IMG/VR virus record: IMGVR_UViG_3300016476_000292
Coordinates: 3,063-67,062 of that record
DNA from: a virus
Taxonomy: Duplodnaviria > Caudoviricetes
Length of the DNA: 64,000 bases
Strand: one strand, 5' to 3'
Numbering within the stretch: position 1 is the first letter of the stretch; every line of letters begins with the position of its first letter. Shown here one piece after another: positions 36,768-45,020 of the stretch. The notes below the pieces were generated by a model, which made no database searches, was not told the DNA's origin, and saw only the letters and a program-made list of their open reading frames with translations. The position numbers were made by a program, and so were the translations under genes.

Positions 36768-39140
36768 TTAGTAGTAAACGCGCCTGCGCGGCAAGCCCAT
36801 GGGCTCATCTTCCTCGTCCGACCCAAGCCGCAAGAATCCACCCTGCCGGAATCGCATCAAAGCCTGAACGCCGGAGTCAACCAAGTCATCATGTTCCGCG
36901 TTCGGGAACCTGGCAAACTCCTCAATCACCTCTTGCGCCCACCGGGTGTCGGGTGCCCACACTTTACCGGAAGAAAATAGGTCTGTAACGCTGTTCAAAC
37001 GCACGAATTTGTCGTTCCCTCGCGTCGGAGTGAAGTCCTGAACCATAACACCCATCCTTCTCAGCTCAAATATCAGCGGTGCACCCGCCGCCTTGGCTTC
37101 AATGATGCAAGCATCCGGCTCCCACTCGTCATACAGCTCTTTGGCCTTGGCTTTCAGGTCAGGAAACTCGACTTTCCCCTTCCAAGCGTCCAGCAAAATG
37201 ATGTTTACGTCGTTTTCGTCCTCGTCCTTGTGGAAAACCCCCCACGTAGTACAGGCCGAATAGTCACTTCGCTGGTTTTTTGTGTACGCCGTGTCCCAAG
37301 ATTGGATGATGAACTCGCATGGCGGGGCTCGATCCCCCTCATAAACCTGCCACCAGTCCCTTTTTACCAGTGCACCCTCTTCTCCAGTGGGCTTTTGCTG
37401 GTACTGAGCGTTCCATTTGTACGGCGGAAGCTCTTCTTTCAGGGCTAACAGCTCGTCTATCGGCCAAAACTCAGGCCAAAGGCTGTTTCCGCTCGGTAAA
37501 ATTGCCGGGAATTCGATGACTTCCCACTCCGTCGCGTCTGATTTCAGTACTCTGCCGGTCAAATCCTTGTCTGACCAGCGGGTATTGTGGCTTACAACCC
37601 CATTTGCTATGAAGTTTTCGGTTCTATCTACCTCAACGTCAAATACTTCCTCTTTGCCATCATAAGTTATTGCCGCTATCGGATCCGCCGTGAAGTCGGA
37701 GATACGATGCAGCTCGCTCAAGAATGCTTGGCGTCTTCCCATATCCAACGGCAAGGTTGCAGTCATTGCAGAGCAGCCCTCTGACTTTGCCGGTTTCATG
37801 GGAATGGTCGATGCAGAGCTTGCCATTCCAGTAGGCGCGTGTATTGTTGCTAGTTGGCGGCTGACCACATACGTCGCAAAGGTTATTGCGCTCCTTAACC
37901 ATTGCTTCGTACTGTTCAACAGTGATCCCATACCGGTGTTTGAGTCGGTGTTTTCTGGCTTCCTCTGATGATTTTTTAGGAATGTATTCTTGCCTGTAAT
38001 GGTTGGCACACAATCCACGGCTTGTAACATGCCTGTTGCACCCTTCAACACTACATTCAACGCCCTTCCACTTCCCGTGGCTGCCAAGTGGGCGATACGG
38101 TGCATCAGGGTTCTTGCGGTGGTAGCTGTCTTTTGCCTGACATGGCCCGCACTTTCCGGGCTTTGTTTTTGACCTAGATTGCCTGTTGCACCCTTCAACG
38201 ATACAAGTAAATCCCCCACTCGTAGCTGATTTAGCCTTGTCCATTCCAGCACTCCTTCGTTCATCACAAGAAACGGATGTCTCTCGTTTGCACGAAGAAT
38301 CTTACCAGATTGTGTTCGTATCTTATATATGGAATCAACACCACTTGACCGCCAGTTATTGATCTTGCTGACCGACAGCCTTCCTTTGTCAAAGGTTGCG
38401 ACAACATCGCCCGGCCGGATGTCGCGCAAAGGTTTTTCAGTGCCATCGTGCATCAGGACTGGCGTATCGCCGGTCATGCACATCACGATGACAATCGCTC
38501 CTCCAGGCTGTAAACGTTGCCGAGGCCCGGAGGTATACCACTCGTACACGCTATCAAATACAGACGGATCCCCTTGTGCCAATCTGGCTTCTTGTTCTGA
38601 GTGGGGGTCGTCAATAATGAGCAAATCCGCGCCTTTACCAGTAATAATTCCGCCGACGCCGATAGCAAAGTAATCGCCATTGTGGCTAGTGTTCCATCGT
38701 CCAGCCGCTTTTGAATCTGTTCTTAGGCCCACCCCTGGAAAAATCTTTGCGTATTGCTCGCTGTCTACAAGGTTCCTAACCTTACGACCAAACCCCACCG
38801 CCAGTTCGGCCGTGTTGGATGCCTGAATAATCTTCTTATTAGGGTGGTTCCCCAGATACCACGCCGGCAGCATGAAGGAAGCAAACTCAGATTTCGTATG
38901 TCGCGGCGGCATATTAATGATCAGCCGCTTCAACTTCCCTTCCGCTATCTCCTCAAACTTTTTGGCCATGATAGCGTGGTGCCGGCCATGAATAAAGCCC
39001 GGCCACATCTCATTTACAAAAGCCATGAACTTCTTCTGAGCTTTTTCCCGGACAACGGCGTCCTTGTATTGGCTCACCTGCTCCAGCAGTTTCTCCTGCT
39101 CAGCCGGCGGAAGCTTGGATATCAGTTCACTCAAGTCCAT
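36768..39140 (-). CDS. terL: Terminase large subunit interrupted by an intein (precursor 790 aa; spliced ~491 aa)
   Basis: INMPPRHTKSE Walker A region, LIIDDPH Walker B, IVIVM/TRW split by the intein, nuclease IQSWDTA and HDDLVDS. Confidence 0.95.
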   Translation of the reverse strand: MDLSELISKLPPAEQEKLLEQVSQYKDAVVREKAQKKFMAFVNEMWPGFIHGRHHAIMAKKFEEIAEGKLKRLIINMPPRHTKSEFASFMLPAWYLGNHPNKKIIQASNTAELAVGFGRKVRNLVDSEQYAKIFPGVGLRTDSKAAGRWNTSHNGDYFAIGVGGIITGKGADLLIIDDPHSEQEARLAQGDPSVFDSVYEWYTSGPRQRLQPGGAIVIVMCMTGDTPVLMHDGTEKPLRDIRPGDVVATFDKGRLSVSKINNWRSSGVDSIYKIRTQSGKILRANERHPFLVMNEGVLEWTRLNQLRVGDLLVSLKGATGNLGQKQSPESAGHVRQKTATTARTLMHRIAHLAATGSGRALNVVLKGATGMLQAVDCVPTITGKNTFLKNHQRKPENTDSNTGMGSLLNSTKQWLRSAITFATYVVSRQLATIHAPTGMASSASTIPMKPAKSEGCSAMTATLPLDMGRRQAFLSELHRISDFTADPIAAITYDGKEEVFDVEVDRTENFIANGVVSHNTRWSDKDLTGRVLKSDATEWEVIEFPAILPSGNSLWPEFWPIDELLALKEELPPYKWNAQYQQKPTGEEGALVKRDWWQVYEGDRAPPCEFIIQSWDTAYTKNQRSDYSACTTWGVFHKDEDENDVNIILLDAWKGKVEFPDLKAKAKELYDEWEPDACIIEAKAAGAPLIFELRRMGVMVQDFTPTRGNDKFVRLNSVTDLFSSGKVWAPDTRWAQEVIEEFARFPNAEHDDLVDSGVQALMRFRQGGFLRLGSDEEDEPMGLPRRRVYY
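37584..38480 (-). mobile_element. Intein (299 aa) in TerL at the IVIVM/TRW site
   Basis: Starts C(MTGDTPV), block B ANERHPF, block F VFDVEV..TENFIANG, ends VVSHN followed by +1 Thr. Confidence 0.95.
37660..38244 (-). CDS. Endonuclease VII-family homing endonuclease overprinted in the -1 frame inside the intein
   Basis: HRYGITVEQYEAM...CDVCG...CIDHSHETGKVRGLLCNDCNLAVG; two CxVEGCNR repeats; AAGGAG 7 nt upstream of the ATG. Confidence 0.9.
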   Translation of the reverse strand: MDKAKSATSGGFTCIVEGCNRQSRSKTKPGKCGPCQAKDSYHRKNPDAPYRPLGSHGKWKGVECSVEGCNRHVTSRGLCANHYRQEYIPKKSSEEARKHRLKHRYGITVEQYEAMVKERNNLCDVCGQPPTSNNTRAYWNGKLCIDHSHETGKVRGLLCNDCNLAVGYGKTPSILERAASYLRLHGGSDSGNNL

Positions 39141-39348
39141 CCGGCACCTCTAGAAGCATCTTCTTACACCGCTCCAGCAACCACAAAACTTCACTCCCAT
39201 CAGCGTACGTACTAGCAAAATACTCACTCCCGTCCTTGCCGTAGCCAAGAATTACCAGCCCCTCCAGCTTCCCCTTGTTGTTCTCCAGCACCATGTCCGG
39301 ATCCAAGTTCAGCCGGGTGATGCCGTGGAATTGAATTACGTTACTCAT
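39127..39348 (-). CDS. Hypothetical protein
   Basis: 73-aa ORF coupled to terL. Confidence 0.55.
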   Translation of the reverse strand: MSNVIQFHGITRLNLDPDMVLENNKGKLEGLVILGYGKDGSEYFASTYADGSEVLWLLERCKKMLLEVPDGLE

Positions 39349-39569
39349 CAGTAGGAAGCCTTATCGTCCCACGGCCGGTTGGCCTCTTGTCTCTGTCTTA
39401 CTATCGACATCGCCTCACGCTCGACAGGCTTATCCAGCCGACGCTGTATCTTTGCCAACGTTGGATATATAGACACCGGCCGGAAATACCGCCGCCCAGA
39501 CTTCTGCTCCTTGTACACCTGGTACAAAAGCCCAAAAGCCTCCAGCAATAACTCCTCGTCCCGACTCAT
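39348..39569 (-). CDS. Hypothetical protein
   Basis: 73-aa ORF with overlapping start/stop. Confidence 0.5.
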   Translation of the reverse strand: MSRDEELLLEAFGLLYQVYKEQKSGRRYFRPVSIYPTLAKIQRRLDKPVEREAMSIVRQRQEANRPWDDKASY

Positions 39570-39895
39570 TCCAATGTCCTGAAATTCACATACACAGGCC
39601 GCACCGACCGCCCGCTACCCCTAACCTTCTTCAATACCCCCAACCTCACCAACCTATCAATAATCTCCGCCGTATTCCCCATCCCACCCTTCTTACGTAT
39701 CTCACATATATCCCGTATCGACGGCCCAAACCCGTACTGCTTCCACCACTCATCTATCACCAAAAACACTTCCTTCTGCGCCGGCGTCATATCCAACCCC
39801 ATACACTCTTCATACGTCCTGTCCCGCCTCTTCGCCACCATCTCCCGATTTATCTCAATCGCTCGTGGTAACGTTTCCACGAGTGACTTGCTCAT
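39566..39895 (-). CDS. LexA DNA-binding-domain-like winged-helix protein (no peptidase domain)
   Basis: MTPAQKEVFLVIDEWWKQYGFGPSIRDIC...IIDRLVRLGVLKK...RSV. Confidence 0.7.
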   Translation of the reverse strand: MSKSLVETLPRAIEINREMVAKRRDRTYEECMGLDMTPAQKEVFLVIDEWWKQYGFGPSIRDICEIRKKGGMGNTAEIIDRLVRLGVLKKVRGSGRSVRPVYVNFRTLE

Positions 39896-40647
39896 TTGGT
39901 AACCTCGTCATTTTTCCCAAAAATATCCCCCCGGTGGGTCTGCGTTTCCGAGGACAAGGGGGGGTCTTCGCTGGGATCGGGGTCTGCGTTTCCAGGATCG
40001 GAAAAAGATGGGGAGGGTTCGTGTGGAATAGTATGCTCATGCGAGTCGGAGTCCCATTCTGAATTTGGGGGCGTGCCCTCGGGGTGGGGTTCCTGGCCAG
40101 CCAATTCTTCTAGCAGCGAATCCGCGTCCACTGTTTCCGCATCATCACTGGCCAGCATGAGCGTTTTCAATTGGCCGAGTATCTGCTCGCGTATCGCGCC
40201 AGAGTCCCGAACATGGGTTATTTCCTTGCGCTCGGTGAAAGCTGCTACTTCCGTCACTTGTCCCAGGATTTTGGCAGCCTGTATCTTCGTTGCCATTTTG
40301 ACATCTGGGTCAATGAGTGCGGAGGTGAGCGTAGAAATGGTGAGACTGCGCAAAGCTTCAGCGGTATGCAACGCCGCGACCTGTTTAGCGTGTTCTAGTG
40401 CAACTATTTCCGCCTGGATTCTGTAATCCGCTTTCAGCCTGGACGCTGCATCCCCGACGGTTTTCGGTGTTCCACCTGCTTTATATGCAGCCCTGTATGC
40501 GTCCGCGCCGGACATCTCATCCAGCACCAGAGCTTCCACGAACTTGCGCTGCTTATGTGTAATCGCAGACTTGGGAACTTTCAGGACGGAAGTTATTCCT
40601 TTTTCCTTTATTGCTTCCTTTAGCTGTTTCCTGCTGGGAGGTTTCAT
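39892..40647 (-). CDS. terS: Terminase small subunit
   Basis: ITHKQRKFVEALV...AYRAAY...VGDAASRLK HTH, upstream of terL; ATG 40647. Confidence 0.7.
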   Translation of the reverse strand: MKPPSRKQLKEAIKEKGITSVLKVPKSAITHKQRKFVEALVLDEMSGADAYRAAYKAGGTPKTVGDAASRLKADYRIQAEIVALEHAKQVAALHTAEALRSLTISTLTSALIDPDVKMATKIQAAKILGQVTEVAAFTERKEITHVRDSGAIREQILGQLKTLMLASDDAETVDADSLLEELAGQEPHPEGTPPNSEWDSDSHEHTIPHEPSPSFSDPGNADPDPSEDPPLSSETQTHRGDIFGKNDEVTK

Positions 40648-40785
40648 TTTGTACCGATGCTCGCTCGCGCTCGCTTGCCAGCGACCAGGCAACGCACCCG
40701 ACCGCCCGCGGCTATTGCCCGCAATTTACCCGGAACAGAACCGGTACGTCAACAAAACCTATCAAAACCTAAATTCCGATAGCCA

Positions 40786-40840
40786 CTGTAACTGTTACAC
40801 CTGTCACACCTGTTACAAAAAACTGTAACACCTGTTACAC
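40786..40840. repeat. Five near-tandem 9-bp repeats CTGTHACAC in the divergent terS/early intergenic region
   Basis: ctgttacac 40792, ctgtcacac 40801, ctgttacaa 40810, ctgtaacac 40823, ctgttacac 40832. Confidence 0.8.
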
Positions 40841-40961
40841 CGCGTTCACGCATTTACTGGCTTTCCGGCATGGCACAACTTGTGCAATAGGCGCTTGCAC
40901 AGGAAGGCAATACATGAGACACTTCCGAGTGCAATACATGACAAACCACATGGAGGCATAC

Positions 40962-41204
40962 ATGAAGCAATACGAGTTCGAAGCAATCAACCGCAAGCGC
41001 GGCAACGTCGAACGTATCCGCGCCACTGCTAAGACCGCAGCAATTGCCCGCGCCCACATAGTGAACTACTACGGGGAGCAATTCGATGTTTTGGAAACTT
41101 ACTGCGATATCAATCCTCCGCATCACATCCTCGGCGAGATTAATTGCAGCAGCCCGGAGCATGAAGCATTCGCGCTCGATCTGATCGCAAAAGGCCTTGT
41201 TTAA
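40962..41204 (+). CDS. Early hypothetical protein
   Basis: GGAGG RBS, ATG 40962. Confidence 0.6.
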   Translation: MKQYEFEAINRKRGNVERIRATAKTAAIARAHIVNYYGEQFDVLETYCDINPPHHILGEINCSSPEHEAFALDLIAKGLV

Positions 41205-41248
41205 TCAACCCGCCCGGCCATGCGCCGGGCATTACCGGAGTTTACAAA

Positions 41249-41452
41249 ATGAAAATCACAATTCGCGTGAAGTCTATATACGGACTCGAAACCTATTATC
41301 CCGCTTGCCCCGCCGCGGAGCTTTTCGCAAAAATCGCCGGCACGAAAACAATTACCGCCCATGCCCTGGCCGATATTCGCGCCCTGGGTTATGAAATCGC
41401 CGTTAAGACCGACGCGCCCAAAGTACTGCGCGCGCTCGCCATTGTGGAGTAA
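41249..41452 (+). CDS. Early hypothetical protein
   Basis: 67 aa, GGAG RBS. Confidence 0.6.
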   Translation: MKITIRVKSIYGLETYYPACPAAELFAKIAGTKTITAHALADIRALGYEIAVKTDAPKVLRALAIVE

Positions 41453-41457
41453 TTGCC

Positions 41458-41622
41458 ATGCGCCTATTGAATACCGCCCTTTGCGCCCTTTGCCTGTTAC
41501 TGGCCGGAGCTTGCCTTGCCGCTTGGACTGTCGGCCACCTTGACCATGCAGCCGGACTGCTTACCACTGGCGCAAGCCTGTTTTGCGCCGCCCTTGCCCG
41601 CACCCAACCGGAGATCGACTAA
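41458..41622 (+). CDS. Small two-helix membrane protein
   Basis: Own translation MRLLNTALCALCLLLAGACLAAW..., 54 aa, stop overlaps the next ATG. Confidence 0.45.
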   Translation: MRLLNTALCALCLLLAGACLAAWTVGHLDHAAGLLTTGASLFCAALARTQPEID

Positions 41623-41804
41623 TGAAAACTTACCGCGATTACAGCCAGATACCATCAACCGCCGCCTACATTGGCGGAACTTACCCGGACGGAACGATCG
41701 ACATGTCAACAATGGACGCGATTGAAGATGCGCTCGCGCCCGTTTGCCTGATCGAAACCGATGGAAGCCGTCATTATTTTGAAACCGCAATTGAACTTAA
41801 CTAA
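41622..41804 (+). CDS. Early hypothetical protein
   Basis: GGAG RBS, ATG 41622. Confidence 0.55.
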   Translation: MKTYRDYSQIPSTAAYIGGTYPDGTIDMSTMDAIEDALAPVCLIETDGSRHYFETAIELN

Positions 41805-41814
41805 GGATACCGCC

Positions 41815-42012
41815 ATGCGTAACGACCCTTATTTCACCCGCGCCCGCTTTCCCTCACTTTGCGCCGAAACTGGCCGCAAAATCAACAAAGGCGACGAAAT
41901 AGCCTATTACCCGCGCGCGCGCAAGGTTTACCACGCCGAGAGCAAGCAAGCCGCCGAGCTTCGCGGGCAACAATTCAACGCCGCTTTTGGCATGGCCGAC
42001 GCTAACTGGTAA
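41815..42012 (+). CDS. Early hypothetical protein
   Basis: AAGGA RBS, ATG 41815. Confidence 0.55.
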   Translation: MRNDPYFTRARFPSLCAETGRKINKGDEIAYYPRARKVYHAESKQAAELRGQQFNAAFGMADANW

Positions 42013-42024
42013 AGGAAACCGACC

Positions 42025-42222
42025 ATGAACTTGCAACGCATAAACCCGCCCGCGCCATTGTTTAAATTTTTCTGCTTTGTTTGCAACGAGCAAACCAGCA
42101 GCAGCAGCGGTTATGCCGACTTGGACGGTGAACCGTTCAAAGCTTATTTTTGCCGCGCTTGCGCCGCTGGCCTGAAATCGACCGCAATAAATCGCGGCCA
42201 GCAACCCCTCAACCTAGACTGA
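42025..42222 (+). CDS. Small CxxC...CxxC protein
   Basis: FCFVC...YFCRAC. Confidence 0.5.
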   Translation: MNLQRINPPAPLFKFFCFVCNEQTSSSSGYADLDGEPFKAYFCRACAAGLKSTAINRGQQPLNLD

Positions 42223-42234
42223 AGGAAAAAGACC

Positions 42235-42609
42235 ATGAAAAAAGAACTAATCGCGCACATCGCGCAAAAACTCCACTCATTCGGCTACACGGTTTACCTG
42301 AGCGACGATGGCCGCCACGGTTTTTACACCGACGGAAAACGCGCAGTTTCATTCGGTGGACAATGGAATTTTTGCGTAGATTTTTCTGGCAATTACAAAG
42401 CGAGCCAGGCCGGCGGTACAGGATGGCAAATTGCCGCCGAGCAAGCCGACATCAACGCCGAACAAGCCCACGCCTATGTAACCGCAGACGCGCCGCAGTG
42501 GGCAAATAAAAACCCCATTTACACCACGCCAGAGCAGCACCTGGAAACCTACGGCCAATCATCAGGTTATAAAAAATTTGAGCCGACCGCCGCCACGACC
42601 ACCGCATAA
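42235..42609 (+). CDS. Early hypothetical protein
   Basis: 124 aa, AAGGA RBS. Confidence 0.6.
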   Translation: MKKELIAHIAQKLHSFGYTVYLSDDGRHGFYTDGKRAVSFGGQWNFCVDFSGNYKASQAGGTGWQIAAEQADINAEQAHAYVTADAPQWANKNPIYTTPEQHLETYGQSSGYKKFEPTAATTTA

Positions 42610-42617
42610 GGCCGACC

Positions 42618-43267
42618 ATGCAGACAATCCTATTTGGAGTGCCCGATAGCCGCTGGACTGTAGCCCTGGCCGAGTCAATAGCTGGCCGACTCGGCAAGCC
42701 GAGCAAGTTACCAGGCCGCGCCTATGGACTATCGGCCGCGCTTTGTAATATCGGCCAGAAATTGGCCGCTATTCCTGGTAGCGTATGCGCCGACTGCTAC
42801 GCGATGCGCGATAACTACACTTATCCCGACGTTAAAAAAGGCCACGCCCGCCGCGCCGCTGGCCTAAGTTCAGTTAGCTGGCGCGATGCGATGGTCAGAC
42901 TTATCAGACGATCAGACGACCCGCATTTCCGCTGGCATGATTCGGGCGACTTGCAAAGTTTTCAACACTTGCTTGATATTGTCTGGATTGCAGAGCAATT
43001 GCCAGAGTTCCGCTTTTGGTTACCGACCAGGGAAAAAAGCTTGTGATTCAATATCAGACGGTTTTCGGCCAGTTCCCGCAAAACCTGATTGTCAGACTTT
43101 CGGCCGCGATGATTGACGCACCGCCGCCCGCTTACACCGGAAACACTTCCACAGTTGTCACGACCACCGCTTACACCTGCCCCGCCCCCGACCAGCAGGG
43201 CAAGTGCCAGGATTGCCGCGCTTGTTGGAACCCCGACGTCAAGAACGTCGCATATCTAAAACATTAA
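42618..43267 (+). pseudogene. GP88-like protein split by a -1 frameshift in an A6 run (43033-43038)
   Basis: LCNIG..L...PGSVCADCYA...FRWHDSGDLQS...WLPTRE in one frame; KKLVIQ...NLIVRLSA...CPA..Q.GKC.DCRACW in the -1 frame. Confidence 0.65.
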
Positions 43268-43281
43268 CAGGAGATCAGACG

Positions 43282-43581
43282 ATGAAACCTAATTCAGATG
43301 CAATTCAGATGCTATACCCGCCAACGCCAGAAAACATCTGGCTTACCGATTGTTTCGACGAAACCTGCACTATCGGCTCAGGCGATTATGCCTTGGCCGC
43401 TGGCATACCGATTGAAATAGGCCGACTGTTCGCCGCCGCGCCGGATTTACTGGCAGCCCTTCGCGGAATGCTGGAGTATTTTTGCGAGGCCGGAATAGAC
43501 GATTACAGCGACACCGAGACAGTACAAGCCGCCCGCGCCGCCATCGACCGCGCGACAGGCGATCAGACGGTAACCGCATAG
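43282..43581 (+). CDS. Hypothetical protein (RLFAAAPDLLAAL motif)
   Basis: AGGAG RBS, ATG 43282. Confidence 0.55.
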   Translation: MKPNSDAIQMLYPPTPENIWLTDCFDETCTIGSGDYALAAGIPIEIGRLFAAAPDLLAALRGMLEYFCEAGIDDYSDTETVQAARAAIDRATGDQTVTA

Positions 43582-43593
43582 GAGATCAGACCG

Positions 43594-43722
43594 ATGAAAT
43601 ACCAACGAATCATGCACAAACTTTTTGACATTCCTTGCCGCGAGTGCCGCGAAGTTCGCGTTTTATTCTGGCGCGGGCGTTGCAGCTTTTGCGATGCCGA
43701 CGAAGGCAAAATAATTAAATGA
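43594..43722 (+). CDS. 42-aa CxxC...CxxC protein
   Basis: Own translation MKYQRIMHKLFDIPCRECREVRVLFWRGRCSFCDADEGKIIK; AGGAG RBS. Confidence 0.45.
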   Translation: MKYQRIMHKLFDIPCRECREVRVLFWRGRCSFCDADEGKIIK

Positions 43723-43739
43723 GTCAGGCTTAACAATAA

Positions 43740-43767
43740 TGCAAGGTGGAAACGTTACCACCTTGCA
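43740..43767. promoter_or_regulatory. 28-bp palindrome (one mismatch) centred on GGAAACGTTACC
   Basis: TGCAAGGTGGAAACGTTACCACCTTGCA, intergenic. Confidence 0.7.
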
Positions 43768-43807
43768 ATTGTGATAATCAGAATTTATATCGTGCTATTC
43801 TGCGCCA

Positions 43808-44008
43808 ATGAATAATCAACGCATGTTCACCCTGTACCTGATCGAGGATGAATTCGGCCAGGTCAGGGTTGTTTCCGATTACTCCGGTCAGGGTGATCGC
43901 TGCCTGTCGATGGGCGTCGAACTAATGCAAATGCTGACGGCCATTCAGCCCTTCACAGACGGCGGCCTATCGCTGGTAATGCCTGCCCGTACTGATGTTG
44001 AGCATTGA
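43808..44008 (+). CDS. Hypothetical protein
   Basis: 66-aa ORF converging on the primase gene. Confidence 0.5.
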   Translation: MNNQRMFTLYLIEDEFGQVRVVSDYSGQGDRCLSMGVELMQMLTAIQPFTDGGLSLVMPARTDVEH

Positions 44009-44824
44009 TTGGGTCAGGCTTTGACTAAAAGCAAACAGCCCGACACGCCGCATGTGGTCGTTTGCATCTTCACCTTCACGATCAGACATCCAGACCGGCC
44101 AGCCTATATCTTCCGCAGCCTGCTGTCCCGTCCCGCTTTTGTCATTGTCAGCGATGACCAGCCCTGGCTCCAGACCAGCGGCCACCTTGACCATATTGCC
44201 AGCGGAAAAGCACACATGAATGTGATATCGCTGCTTCATCTGCTTCATGGCCGCACGAACGGAAAGCGCGGTCGCGTATCCCTCGCAGACGATATTGATT
44301 CCTTTATTGTCAAAGCTGAAGGTTGCACCGGCTGTCCTCTGCCCATACAGAAAACGCTTGTCGCCCTCCGGCCATATCTGTTGCAATCCGACGAGCGACT
44401 TGCCCACGCGCATCGGGATGAGCAGGACAGGCTTGCTCTCGATCATCAGCACGTTGCCGGTTTCGTCGGGAAAACCTTTCCGAACAAGGTACGGGTGAGT
44501 CGCATACCCGGATTCATTGAGCATGGCCACTGCTTTGCCGACAGCCTGGGTCGCCAACCGCTTGCGGGCTTGCTCGGCCTTTGCTTGGCTGATGATGATG
44601 GCCTTCATGTCGGGCACCTGCCCGTTGCTTGAGTCAGGCTTCCACAATGCCGTGACCGTAGACAGCGCGTGATTCTGTACGAATCCATGCGTCCCCATGT
44701 ACTTGACGCTGCCGTTCTTCTTGCGCGGGTGATCTTCTGTCCGGTAACGTTTCCACACACCGACAGGCGGCAACTCATTGATGATGATGCCGTGGCTGCG
44801 GGCAAACTGAATGAAGTCAGACAT
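43967..44824 (-). CDS. Toprim-domain DNA primase
   Basis: HPYLVRKG...LLIPMR...LQQI...KRFLYG...IVCEGYATALS...FSAGNM...IADND..GTG...DAND. Confidence 0.85.
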   Translation of the reverse strand: MSDFIQFARSHGIIINELPPVGVWKRYRTEDHPRKKNGSVKYMGTHGFVQNHALSTVTALWKPDSSNGQVPDMKAIIISQAKAEQARKRLATQAVGKAVAMLNESGYATHPYLVRKGFPDETGNVLMIESKPVLLIPMRVGKSLVGLQQIWPEGDKRFLYGQRTAGATFSFDNKGINIVCEGYATALSVRAAMKQMKQRYHIHVCFSAGNMVKVAAGLEPGLVIADNDKSGTGQQAAEDIGWPVWMSDREGEDANDHMRRVGLFAFSQSLTQSMLNISTGRHYQR

Positions 44825-45020
44825 TGTTTTCCCTCAACTTGGCTTCAATAGCTTTTGCATACGTCAATGTGTCGAAATAACAATTGGTAACGTGCTGCTC
44901 TGCCAGCCGTTCGTAAAACTCATCCGGCAAACCGACCCATTTTTTCTTCGGTTTTACATTTTCTCGCTCACATCCAGATTTCCTACAAAACCCACCGCAA
45001 CTTGAACATTGCCTATCCAT
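44817..45020 (-). CDS. Small protein with WVGL.DE...AIEAKLRE.N module
   Basis: ATG 45020. Confidence 0.55.
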   Translation of the reverse strand: MDRQCSSCGGFCRKSGCERENVKPKKKWVGLPDEFYERLAEQHVTNCYFDTLTYAKAIEAKLRENNV

